Shown here: in pieces, positions 36,222 to 44,311 of the stretch
How the letters are laid out: every line of letters starts with the position of its first letter
How positions within the stretch are numbered: position 1 is the stretch's first letter
Translations under genes and position numbers: made by a program
Notes under the pieces: generated by a model
Told to the model about the DNA's origin: nothing
Databases searched by the model: none
The model's input: only the letters and a program-made list of their open reading frames with translations
Assembly: GCA_028289015.1 (NCBI GenBank)
Contig: JAQGHC010000015.1
Span: forward strand, 9,210 to 73,209
Length of the DNA: 64,000 bases
Direction of reading: 5' to 3'
Source of the DNA: Candidatus Saccharimonadota bacterium
GTDB lineage: Bacteria; Patescibacteriota; Saccharimonadia; Saccharimonadales; Saccharimonadaceae

Positions 36222-36763
36222 GGAGCGGATGGCGTGCTCTAGGTTGCGCCAATGAGCTGACGAGGGCCGGCGGATATCAGTTCGCCGTCAGCGGCCGGGA
36301 TAGTTTCATTAACGATCAGCTTAGACGATGATAATATCGCGCGATGCGAGTTGATTTGTAGTAAATCGCCAGTTTCACTTACGCGGTACTTGCATCCCGG
36401 AATGTTCTATTGACGTACTCGCTGCTGATGTAGAGATGTGACTCTGTTGGATGCTGGCTGCTTGCTGTTGCGTATTCGTTCAGCTGCGCGGCACAAATTC
36501 GATACTTAGGATATAGACGGAAATGGGCGCATCTGACACTTTGCTGGACTGCTTACTCGCGACTGCCTCTCTAGATTTTTAAAGCTCCCTTTTGGAGTTT
36601 ACTTGGTGGTGTTCGACAAAATCATTGATATCTAAACGTATTTGTACGATTAACGCAAGAAAGGGTCATTGGGAGAGTGGCCTAATGAGTAACGATATGA
36701 ACAAGCCCACCTCTTAATGAAAAGAGATGGGCTATATGTTCGCGAATAGGTTGGTTACCGAGG

Positions 36764-37165
36764 CTACTTGCCCGATATTTCTTCCTGCCAAGCCAAGCCG
36801 TGTCGCATCAGATGCCTATATTCTTCCGAAGTGAGTGTGTTGAAGTCGACGCGTCGAAACGGGCGATACTGCTTGCGGGCGGTGAGGATGCTGCCGTCCA
36901 TAAGCAGAGCGATAAGGTCATTTTCGGAGCGCAGAAGTGCCAATACTCGGCGGTTTTCTACGATGGTTTTTCTGCTATCCCAAAATCTCGCCAACTTGCC
37001 GAGCCACTTGATCTTCTCGGAGGGAACGGTCTCGCTGACTACCACTTCAAGCATGATCGGTTTTTGACCGTACATCTTGAGTGGACGCTTGCGTCCCATC
37101 GTATCTTTGATGTCGAGATAGAGCTGCTTCAAATTTTCTTTATGCTCTTTGGAAACACGTGCCAT
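36764..37165 (-). CDS. hypothetical protein
   Basis: ORF only. ATG 37165 (MARVSKEHKENLK...) is preferred over the longer listed ORF. A hairpin (GCCCACCTCTT/AAGAGATGGGC, about 36696-36732) lies downstream. Confidence 0.45.
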   Translation of the reverse strand: MARVSKEHKENLKQLYLDIKDTMGRKRPLKMYGQKPIMLEVVVSETVPSEKIKWLGKLARFWDSRKTIVENRRVLALLRSENDLIALLMDGSILTARKQYRPFRRVDFNTLTSEEYRHLMRHGLAWQEEISGK

Positions 37166-37332
37166 GATTATAGCTCTTTTCGGTAGGTGGGTGTATTCGC
37201 TGAACTCGATTTTAAAGCCAACGTCATAGTATAATGGAGGCTTCAAAACATAAACCTACTCTATCATTTTTATATGAATTCGTCAATTTACAGTGGCGCG
37301 GTAGCCTGGTTGCATGATACGATAGAATAAAT

Positions 37333-38082
37333 ATGACTCTTGTCGTTCTCATTATTACAATTCTTTTAGGTAGTGCTCTTTCGTTTATCGGCGGCCTATT
37401 GTTGCTTCGTGCTAAGAAGAATCGCGAATTGGCTATATTATTAACACTTCCCTTCGGTGCGGGCGCATTACTTGCAGCTGCATTCTTTGACTTGTTACCC
37501 GAAGCTTTTGAGCTTGGCGAACCGCGAGATTTGCTTATGTGGACACTTGGCGGCTTTACTCTTTTCTTTGTCTTGGAGCGCTGCGCAACGTGGTTTCATC
37601 ACCATCACGAACATGAAGCCAAAGCTCATCAGAATGTTCAGCAGCGCCGCTTAATTGTCATCGGCGACGTTATGCACAACGCCATTGATGGCTTGGCAAT
37701 TGGAACGGCCTTCCTGGTTAGTGTTCCAACTGGTGTGATCACTGCCCTAGCAGTCAGTGCGCACGAGATTCCAAAAGAACTCGGGACATTTGCCCTATTG
37801 CTCTCGCGGGGATGGAAGAACAGAACGGTCTTGCTGGCGAATGTGGCGACTGCCCTTGCAACGATCTGTACTGCCTTGCTGGTATTTTTCCTGGGAACTG
37901 ACGCCCATATTCCTATCGGTCCGCTTCTTGCGTTGACGGCTGGATTCTTTATCTATGTTGCGGCCAGCGATATTATTCCGGATATTCACGAGCAACCTCG
38001 TCGTATGGGGACGATTCAGGCGGCGATGCTTGTGGGAGGTATCTTGATTGTCGGTACAGTTATCACGTTGCTTGGTGTCTAG
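37333..38082 (+). CDS. ZIP family metal transporter
   Basis: About 8 TM segments with a His-rich loop (HHHHEHEAKAH). The HNAIDGLAIG and HEIPKELGTFALLL motifs are present. Confidence 0.85.
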   Translation: MTLVVLIITILLGSALSFIGGLLLLRAKKNRELAILLTLPFGAGALLAAAFFDLLPEAFELGEPRDLLMWTLGGFTLFFVLERCATWFHHHHEHEAKAHQNVQQRRLIVIGDVMHNAIDGLAIGTAFLVSVPTGVITALAVSAHEIPKELGTFALLLSRGWKNRTVLLANVATALATICTALLVFFLGTDAHIPIGPLLALTAGFFIYVAASDIIPDIHEQPRRMGTIQAAMLVGGILIVGTVITLLGV

Positions 38083-38090
38083 TAATTAAC

Positions 38091-38654
38091 TTAGAGCTCG
38101 TGACTTGTCACTTCGATAGTTCCGATACAAAAGGTATTGATTAGCTCGACGACCTTTGGGGCAATCGTTTCTTTTAGCATTTCGGACTCAGATTTTGTAA
38201 AGTGACTTAATACGAAATCGGCGTCATGGATGCGATCGCGTAGTTCGTTGTAGATGCCTACGCGAATGCGTGCGTAATTTGCGCCTAAGTGCGCGTTTAA
38301 GGACTTGATGCCGTTATTCCCAGCATCTCGCCCACTTTCACGAATGCGAAGTGTGCCAAGTGGTAACGCGAGGTCGTCGTGGATGGCAATCAGGTCTGTA
38401 CTGACATTTAATTTGTAAAAATCGATAAGCGCACGCGCCGCCTGACCTGTTTCGTTATAAAAAGTGGCGGGTTTTACTAATAACACCTTTTCTCCTGCAA
38501 TTGAGAGCTCGGCAATGTCCGCATGAAACTTTGGTTTTTTGACAAACTCTGCTCGGTATTGCGCTGCCAAAGTGTCGACTATTAAAAATCCCACGTTGTG
38601 GCGGGTGTTGGCATACTGTGCGCCTGGATTTCCTTGGGCAAAAATGATTTTCAT
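38091..38654 (-). CDS. pth: peptidyl-tRNA hydrolase
   Basis: Contains MKIIFAQGNPGAQYANTRHNVGF, IHDDLALPLG and GNNGIKS. Confidence 0.95.
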   Translation of the reverse strand: MKIIFAQGNPGAQYANTRHNVGFLIVDTLAAQYRAEFVKKPKFHADIAELSIAGEKVLLVKPATFYNETGQAARALIDFYKLNVSTDLIAIHDDLALPLGTLRIRESGRDAGNNGIKSLNAHLGANYARIRVGIYNELRDRIHDADFVLSHFTKSESEMLKETIAPKVVELINTFCIGTIEVTSHEL

Positions 38655-38731
38655 ACTAGCGTATATTATAGACCATTGACGTCAGCATATCTTGTTGTAT
38701 GATTAGTAAAGCCACCAGCTGTTGAACTGAG

Positions 38732-38992
38732 ATGACTCAATTTGCAACAGGTAGAGTGTTGGCCGACGCGGGTTATTCAATTTTATTTGAAGGAGCGGAC
38801 GTGGATATAGAATGGTTGAAAAATATTGGCCCTCAACTGGGTGAATGTCTTAGCTGGTTGTTCGGTAATTTGGTGCTGGCCGCAATTATTGCCGGCGGCG
38901 TCGTGATTGGACTCGCGCTATTGGTCATTCTTATTCATCAGATTCGCGAGTCTCGTAGGACTTCTCTCAATAGTGACATCGACGAGCAGTAG
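38732..38992 (+). CDS. small membrane protein, hypothetical
   Basis: ORF with one TM helix (LVLAAIIAGGVVIGLALLVILI). A strong terminator follows. Confidence 0.45.
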   Translation: MTQFATGRVLADAGYSILFEGADVDIEWLKNIGPQLGECLSWLFGNLVLAAIIAGGVVIGLALLVILIHQIRESRRTSLNSDIDEQ

Positions 38993-39002
38993 GTTGTTCG
39001 CC

Positions 39003-39049
39003 CCCCTCGCCATCGGTGTAATTTGCTGATGGTGAGGGGCTATTTTTTT
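39003..39049 (+). terminator. intrinsic terminator
   Basis: CCCCTCGCCATC pairs with GATGGTGAGGGG (12 bp with one G.U pair), followed by TTTTTTT. Confidence 0.85.
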
Positions 39050-39168
39050 GAGTCTTTGCTGGTAAGGTGATTAAGCTCACACTATAAAATAATATTGTTA
39101 TTTGCAGTATTATATGGGATTATTAATACATAAGAGTTGAGTGAGGAATATAAGAAAGAGAGGTGTTT

Positions 39169-40428
39169 ATGGTGAAGAAATTCAAACAAGCCCAGAACAA
39201 AGTAGCAGAACTTGCTCGCCGCGCCGGTTTTTATGCCCGCCGCTTGCGTGCAGAAAAAATTACTAAACGCGTCGTGATGTCTGTCACTGCGTTTGCTTTA
39301 GTATTACAGCTTACTGCTGGAGCATTTCCATTTGCAAATACGACCGTTGGTGCGGTTGGTGATGATAATATTATTCGCGGTGGCATTACAAGCAAAGAAG
39401 ATTTGCTGGCGATGTACGATCGCAATTCGGACAGCGGCGGACACAATGATATTCAACAAATCTACTCACACTTCGGTGTATCTCGACAGGATATTGCCAA
39501 TTCTACTATGGGTACCTATAAAACGAACGATTTTAACGGACAATTAAAAACAATTGGTCGTACTAATTGGCCAAACAGCGGCCGCACGGAAGTGACCGTA
39601 GAGGGTACAAGTACTTCAATTTATGCCGGTCCGTTCTTGGATAATGCAAACACAAAAGCATTTGTCATGCCTGCTTTGATTGGTAAACGCGCGGCTGACG
39701 GTCAGTGGTTTGCTGTTACCTTGAACTGTGGCAATATCGTCTATTCCGCCACCCCTGCTCCACTACCAAAGCCAGTCGCTGCACAATGCACGTCTTTGTC
39801 GGCAACGCGAACAGGCCGATCAAATTTCAAGTTTGCAACCAAGCATACAGCTGGCAGCGATACGGCTCAAGACATTACGTATGTCATCTCTGATGCTAGC
39901 GGCAAGGAAATAGCTCGCTCGACAAGCTCAACATACACACAGACAGAAGCTGGCACATATACGGTCAAGGCTATCGTTAATGTAACTGACGCTGAAGGTA
40001 AACAAAAAACAATTTCGTCCGACGCTTGCCGTACGCAGATTACCGTACCGCCTGCTGCCACAGGATCATCAACCTCCCCTAAAAGGTGTACAATTCCTGG
40101 AAAAGAAGATTTGTCCGCAACTGACCCTAGTTGCAAAGAAGAAGTTATGTGTACGGTTGTCGGAAGAGAGGATTTGCCTGCCGATGATCCAGCCTGTGTT
40201 GAACCCGCGCCTGCTGTGACGACGCCTAAGTGTACGATTGCGGGCAAGACAGATCTAGACGCAAACAGCCCAGACTGCGTTGTGGATAGAACTGCTCCGC
40301 CAGCGGCACTCCCTGAAACTGGCTTAGGTGAAGACATCTTAAGAGTCACCGGATTCGGATCGCTGATCGCTGCAATCGGTTATTACGTCGCTAGCCGTCG
40401 TGGCCTACTAAGTGCTCTCACCGACTGA
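39169..40428 (+). CDS. LPXTG-anchored surface protein with Cys-bracketed repeats
   Basis: An N-terminal signal/TM is present. The C-terminal sorting signal is LPETG plus a hydrophobic stretch plus RRG. There are three C-T-[IV]-x-G-[KR]-x-D-L-x-A-x-x-P-x-C repeats. ATG 39169 has an AAGAGAGG SD. Confidence 0.8.
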   Translation: MVKKFKQAQNKVAELARRAGFYARRLRAEKITKRVVMSVTAFALVLQLTAGAFPFANTTVGAVGDDNIIRGGITSKEDLLAMYDRNSDSGGHNDIQQIYSHFGVSRQDIANSTMGTYKTNDFNGQLKTIGRTNWPNSGRTEVTVEGTSTSIYAGPFLDNANTKAFVMPALIGKRAADGQWFAVTLNCGNIVYSATPAPLPKPVAAQCTSLSATRTGRSNFKFATKHTAGSDTAQDITYVISDASGKEIARSTSSTYTQTEAGTYTVKAIVNVTDAEGKQKTISSDACRTQITVPPAATGSSTSPKRCTIPGKEDLSATDPSCKEEVMCTVVGREDLPADDPACVEPAPAVTTPKCTIAGKTDLDANSPDCVVDRTAPPAALPETGLGEDILRVTGFGSLIAAIGYYVASRRGLLSALTD

Positions 40429-40460
40429 TAGCGTCAGTTTGGGCAGTAGTATAGTATCCA

Positions 40461-40496
40461 ATACCCCCGACCGTGTAAAGGCCAGGGGTATTTTTA
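40461..40496 (+). terminator. intrinsic terminator
   Basis: ATACCCC...GGGGTAT stem followed by TTTTTAT, between convergent genes. Confidence 0.6.
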
Positions 40497-41936
40497 TAGA
40501 GTTGGTTCTTTGCGGTCTTTGAGGTCCTGAAGATCTTTTGCGTGTTTTTCTTTTTTCTCTTCTTTAGATTTCTTCGTCACAGGCTCTTTACCTTGCGCAA
40601 TTAGCTCTTTATTAGCTTTAATCTGTTTTTCGTCACGGAAGCTAAATTTAATTGGTGTACCGGCAAAGTTAAACTCTTCGCGGACGAGGCGCTCCAGGTA
40701 GCGTTTGTAGCTCCAGTGAATAAACTTTAGGTTGCTGCCGTAAATAACGAACCACGGTGGCGACGTGTCAGTTTGTACCATATAGCGAAGTTTTGGGTGC
40801 GTGTTCTTTAGGCCTGCTGGCGGGTGTTTTTGAACGGCATTTTGCAGCAGGTCGTTTAGTTTACGAGTTTTACATTCTTGCTTGCGACGAGCGTCAATAT
40901 CTAATGCAAGGTCAAACAGCTTGGTGACGTTCTGACCAGTGACACTGCTGGTGAAAATTAATGGTGCCCAAGGCGTAAACTTGAAATTACGCGCAATCGT
41001 TGGCGCTAGGGCGTCACGAGTGTAGGCGTCTTTATCTTCGACGCTATCCCATTTACTAACGACAATGACCATGCCCTTGCCTGCTTCGTCGATGATGCCT
41101 GCAAGTCGTTGGTCTAGCTGAGTGTTTAATTCATTCACGTCCATCAATAGAAAACAAACGTCAGACTCTTCGATTGCCTGTAATGTGCGAAGTACAGAGA
41201 ATTTCTCGATACCAACTTCTTGTTTGCCTGGTTTTCGCATGCCAGCAGTATCAAGGAGCTCAATATCACGCGCCCCGTAACGGATTGATATACGGTTAAC
41301 GTCGCGGGTCGTGCCGGCGATGTTTGCGACTAGTGCCTGCTGTTTGCCTGCAAGTGTGTTGAATAAGTTGCTTTTGCCAACGTTTGGACGGCCGATAAGT
41401 GAAACGCGCAGGATGTCGTCAGGTGTTTCTTCGAACTGGGCAGGAATAAGAGTAACGATTTCGTCGAGGATATCAAGAATACCTTGGTTGTGTTCGGCTG
41501 AGGCACGAATAATTGATTTGATGCCTAGACGCTTAAATTCGTCATTAGGTAGGCTTTCTTTAAGATCGGCCTTGTTTGTGACAAGTAAGACTGGCTTTTT
41601 GCTACGCAGCGCTTTTTTGGCAACTAATTTATCTTGATCGCTGGCGTACTGACTGCTGTCGACGACAACAAGAATAACATCAGCGGCATCTGCGGCTTCG
41701 GTGATTTGCTCTTGAATAGATGCTTCGAACTCGTCATTAGGATCTTTAAGACCGGCGGTGTCAACCAGCCAGAAATTGTGATAATTATATTCCACACGGC
41801 CAAGGACGTTGTCGCGAGTCGTTCCTGCTTCTCGGGCAACAATAGCCTGCTGAGAGCGGACAAGACGATTAAAAAGCGAACTCTTACCGACGTTCGCTTG
41901 CCCAATGATTGCTACTGTTGGTAACTTTGATGCCAT
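40494..41936 (-). CDS. der: ribosome-associated GTPase Der (EngA) with Lys/Glu-rich C-terminal tail
   Basis: Two G domains (GQANVGKSSLFN / DTAG / NKAD and GRPNVGKSNLFN / DTAG / SKWD) are followed by a KH-like domain. Confidence 0.95.
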   Translation of the reverse strand: MASKLPTVAIIGQANVGKSSLFNRLVRSQQAIVAREAGTTRDNVLGRVEYNYHNFWLVDTAGLKDPNDEFEASIQEQITEAADAADVILVVVDSSQYASDQDKLVAKKALRSKKPVLLVTNKADLKESLPNDEFKRLGIKSIIRASAEHNQGILDILDEIVTLIPAQFEETPDDILRVSLIGRPNVGKSNLFNTLAGKQQALVANIAGTTRDVNRISIRYGARDIELLDTAGMRKPGKQEVGIEKFSVLRTLQAIEESDVCFLLMDVNELNTQLDQRLAGIIDEAGKGMVIVVSKWDSVEDKDAYTRDALAPTIARNFKFTPWAPLIFTSSVTGQNVTKLFDLALDIDARRKQECKTRKLNDLLQNAVQKHPPAGLKNTHPKLRYMVQTDTSPPWFVIYGSNLKFIHWSYKRYLERLVREEFNFAGTPIKFSFRDEKQIKANKELIAQGKEPVTKKSKEEKKEKHAKDLQDLKDRKEPTL

Positions 41937-42005
41937 AACTTTGATTAATTATAACAGAGATGGAATTAGTTTGCGAGCATAAGTGGCATGCCTCAGGTGT
42001 CATTA

Positions 42006-42055
42006 TATGAAATTCGCCTCGCTTCCTCATGCATAATTGCACAGGAAGCGAGGCG
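42006..42055 (-). terminator. hairpin terminator downstream of 42066..42446
   Basis: A 13-bp perfect stem pairs CGCCTCGCTTCCT (42015-42027) with AGGAAGCGAGGCG (42043-42055). On the minus strand it is followed by AATTTCATATAAT. Confidence 0.55.
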
Positions 42056-42065
42056 GAACCTCGCA

Positions 42066-42446
42066 CTAACTAGTCAGAACTACTTTCGTTCCCTCGTCAG
42101 TTTTTACGAAGCAAAAGCTGCGAACGATGGGTTCGTGGTCGGGATTGCCGCTTTTAAAAGTCTTAGCCAGTGCGACAAACAGGCTCGAGAAGATGCCGAG
42201 GTAGACCAGGATGTTGCAGATCGACAGATCAAGGAACCTGTCTTCTGCTTCGCGCGCGCGGCGAAAGATGACAGCCTCTGCGCCATCAAGGGAGTAAACT
42301 GTCAGCGTCTTGGACTGCGCGTGGAACACTCCGTTGTAGGCAGTGAAATTATTCAGGTCAAGGATTTGGCGACGTGCATGCATCGAATCGGTGTAGTGGA
42401 TTGTGCAGGTGGATTGGGGCAAACGGGTGTTGAGAACATCCAGCAT
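42066..42446 (-). CDS. hypothetical membrane-associated protein
   Basis: The minus-strand ORF has a TTGACT-17-TATAGT promoter upstream and a hairpin downstream. One hydrophobic helix is present (ICNILVYLGIFSSLFVALA). It is preferred over the overlapping plus-strand ORF. Confidence 0.45.
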   Translation of the reverse strand: MLDVLNTRLPQSTCTIHYTDSMHARRQILDLNNFTAYNGVFHAQSKTLTVYSLDGAEAVIFRRAREAEDRFLDLSICNILVYLGIFSSLFVALAKTFKSGNPDHEPIVRSFCFVKTDEGTKVVLTS

Positions 42447-42533
42447 TAGTAGCTCCGGTTTGTAGAGGTGCGAGATACAATCACTATATCACTTATATGT
42501 AAATAAGTCAATATATTTTACATACTATATCAC

Positions 42534-43235
42534 TTAGCGCATATCGACGATTTCAAACTTCCCAGGTTTTATATCGCCAATCGAATAATTGCCAAAGTTG
42601 GTACGATGAAGCTTCTTAACTTCATAGCCAAGACTATTAAAGGTACGTCGGATCTGGCGATTACGACCCTCGCTCATCGTTACCTTCCAGTCGAGTCGAT
42701 CCTCTTCTGATAATCGTTCAAGTATTATCTTGCTTGGTCCGTCTTCGAGCTGTACGCCGTAGTCGCTAATCATTTGCTGATGAAGCGGTTCTAATTCGCG
42801 GTCTAATCGAACATTGTAAATCTTTGTCTTTTCAAACTTCGGATGAGTCAAACGGTAGGTAAAGTCGCCGTCGTTCGTTAGAATAATTAAGCCTGAACTA
42901 TTAAAATCAAGACGCCCCACTGTCTTTAAATGATGGTATTCGGGTGGCAGTAACTCGTAAATTGTTGGTAGATCACCTTGTGAGCGACGAGAACAGACAT
43001 AGCCTGCGGGCTTATTAAGTGCAAGATACTGAAAGGCAGTTTTAGCGACGAGTGCTTCACCATGTACAGTTATTTTGTCGGTTTCGGCAATTCGCGCTCC
43101 CAGGTTGATGACGATATCATTTACTTTCACGTAGCCGCGTTCGATATATTCATCGGCTTCGCGTCGTGAAAAGCCCATATGTAAGGCAAGGTATTTGTTA
43201 AGACGTATTGTCTTGTCTGATTCAGGCTGGATCAT
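42534..43235 (-). CDS. pseudouridine synthase (RsuA/RluB family)
   Basis: An S4 domain (IRLNKYLALHMGFSRREADEYI) is followed by the catalytic GRLDFNSSGLIILTNDG motif. Confidence 0.85.
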   Translation of the reverse strand: MIQPESDKTIRLNKYLALHMGFSRREADEYIERGYVKVNDIVINLGARIAETDKITVHGEALVAKTAFQYLALNKPAGYVCSRRSQGDLPTIYELLPPEYHHLKTVGRLDFNSSGLIILTNDGDFTYRLTHPKFEKTKIYNVRLDRELEPLHQQMISDYGVQLEDGPSKIILERLSEEDRLDWKVTMSEGRNRQIRRTFNSLGYEVKKLHRTNFGNYSIGDIKPGKFEIVDMR

Positions 43236-43256
43236 AGTGACTTGATTATAGCATCT

Positions 43257-44246
43257 TTACGCATGAGGCGCAGGGTCTGCAGGGTTAAAGGGAGAGCCAG
43301 GTTGAGATGACGGCGAAGTTGCCGATCCGTTTGGGTCGTCAAAATTAATCGCAGTGGCGCCATGCATTTCGGTTGGTAGTAGTGGCGTTGCTGATGCAAT
43401 AGCTGGTGCTACTGGAGGCTGCGGGAATGCGGGCGGTTGTTGTTGTGCGAATACGGCGGGTTGCTGAGATTGAGTGAAAGCTGGTTGAGGTGGCGCAGCG
43501 GGTGTCGGGCTTAAGGTGGGTGCTTGAGCCCGATTTAATTCTTGGTCGATAAGACTGCCAAGATCAGGTCGTGGTAATGCGGTTGACGCTACCGGGTGGA
43601 TGATACGATCCCCAAGGTTAGCTGGGCGTGGCGTCGAAAATGGCGCTGTTGGCTGCGGTAACCCTGTGGGTCCAGGCGCTGGCATGGGCGCAGGTTGAAC
43701 TGTGGGTTGAGGCGCAGTACCGTTAAAAGAAGGCACTGGTGTTGCGTATTGCGCTGAAGGTGGTGTTTGATAGGTCGGCGCTGGTTGGCGTGGTGGTACT
43801 GTGGGCGTCGTGCTACGCGGTAGCGCGCTTGGCGCAGGAGTGCCAAATGTTTGTGCCGCAGATGGTGTGATGACGGGTGCGTCCCCTAGTACGTCATGGA
43901 CGGTACGGACGACATCCTCGATGCCTACTTGGGACTTGACGAGGTAACGGTCTGCGCCAAGGGCCTCACCGCGTGCTCGCTGGTCTTCGCTACTTAAAGC
44001 TGTCATCATAATAACTTTGATAGTTCTTGTCTCTGTTGTAGACCGCAAGATATCTAACATATCAAAGCCACTAATCTTTGGCATCATAACGTCGCTAACG
44101 ATTAATTCTGGGCGTTCTTTGATTGCCATCGCAAGCGCTTCTTCGCCGTCGCCGGCGGATACGATATCATATCCTTCAGCCAGTAGGCGTACGCCATAAA
44201 TTTCGCGCAGGCTTTTATCATCTTCTACCAGTAGTATTTTGGTCAT
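43257..44246 (-). CDS. response regulator receiver domain with ~200-aa Pro/Gln/Ala-rich tail (no recognisable output domain)
   Basis: KILLVEDD...VSDVMMP...MMTAL is a CheY-like receiver. The remainder is low complexity (PAPSALP, PQPTVQPAPMPAPGP, QQPPAFPQPP). Confidence 0.8.
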   Translation of the reverse strand: MTKILLVEDDKSLREIYGVRLLAEGYDIVSAGDGEEALAMAIKERPELIVSDVMMPKISGFDMLDILRSTTETRTIKVIMMTALSSEDQRARGEALGADRYLVKSQVGIEDVVRTVHDVLGDAPVITPSAAQTFGTPAPSALPRSTTPTVPPRQPAPTYQTPPSAQYATPVPSFNGTAPQPTVQPAPMPAPGPTGLPQPTAPFSTPRPANLGDRIIHPVASTALPRPDLGSLIDQELNRAQAPTLSPTPAAPPQPAFTQSQQPAVFAQQQPPAFPQPPVAPAIASATPLLPTEMHGATAINFDDPNGSATSPSSQPGSPFNPADPAPHA

Positions 44247-44311
44247 ATTATCCTTTATTGTACTGAAGAGCTACAGAAAATGCTATAGCTCTTATGTTTT
44301 ATTTTTATTTC

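Noticed and set aside
39867-40349. 160-aa minus-strand ORF inside the LPETG protein gene
   Set aside because: It is antisense to a repeat-rich region. The plus-strand product has a signal peptide, repeats and a sorting signal, so the plus strand is the coding one.
41988-42449. 153-aa plus-strand ORF overlapping 42066..42446
   Set aside because: It would contain a 13-bp perfect hairpin within its coding sequence and lacks promoter or SD signals. The minus-strand ORF has a promoter upstream and that hairpin as its terminator.
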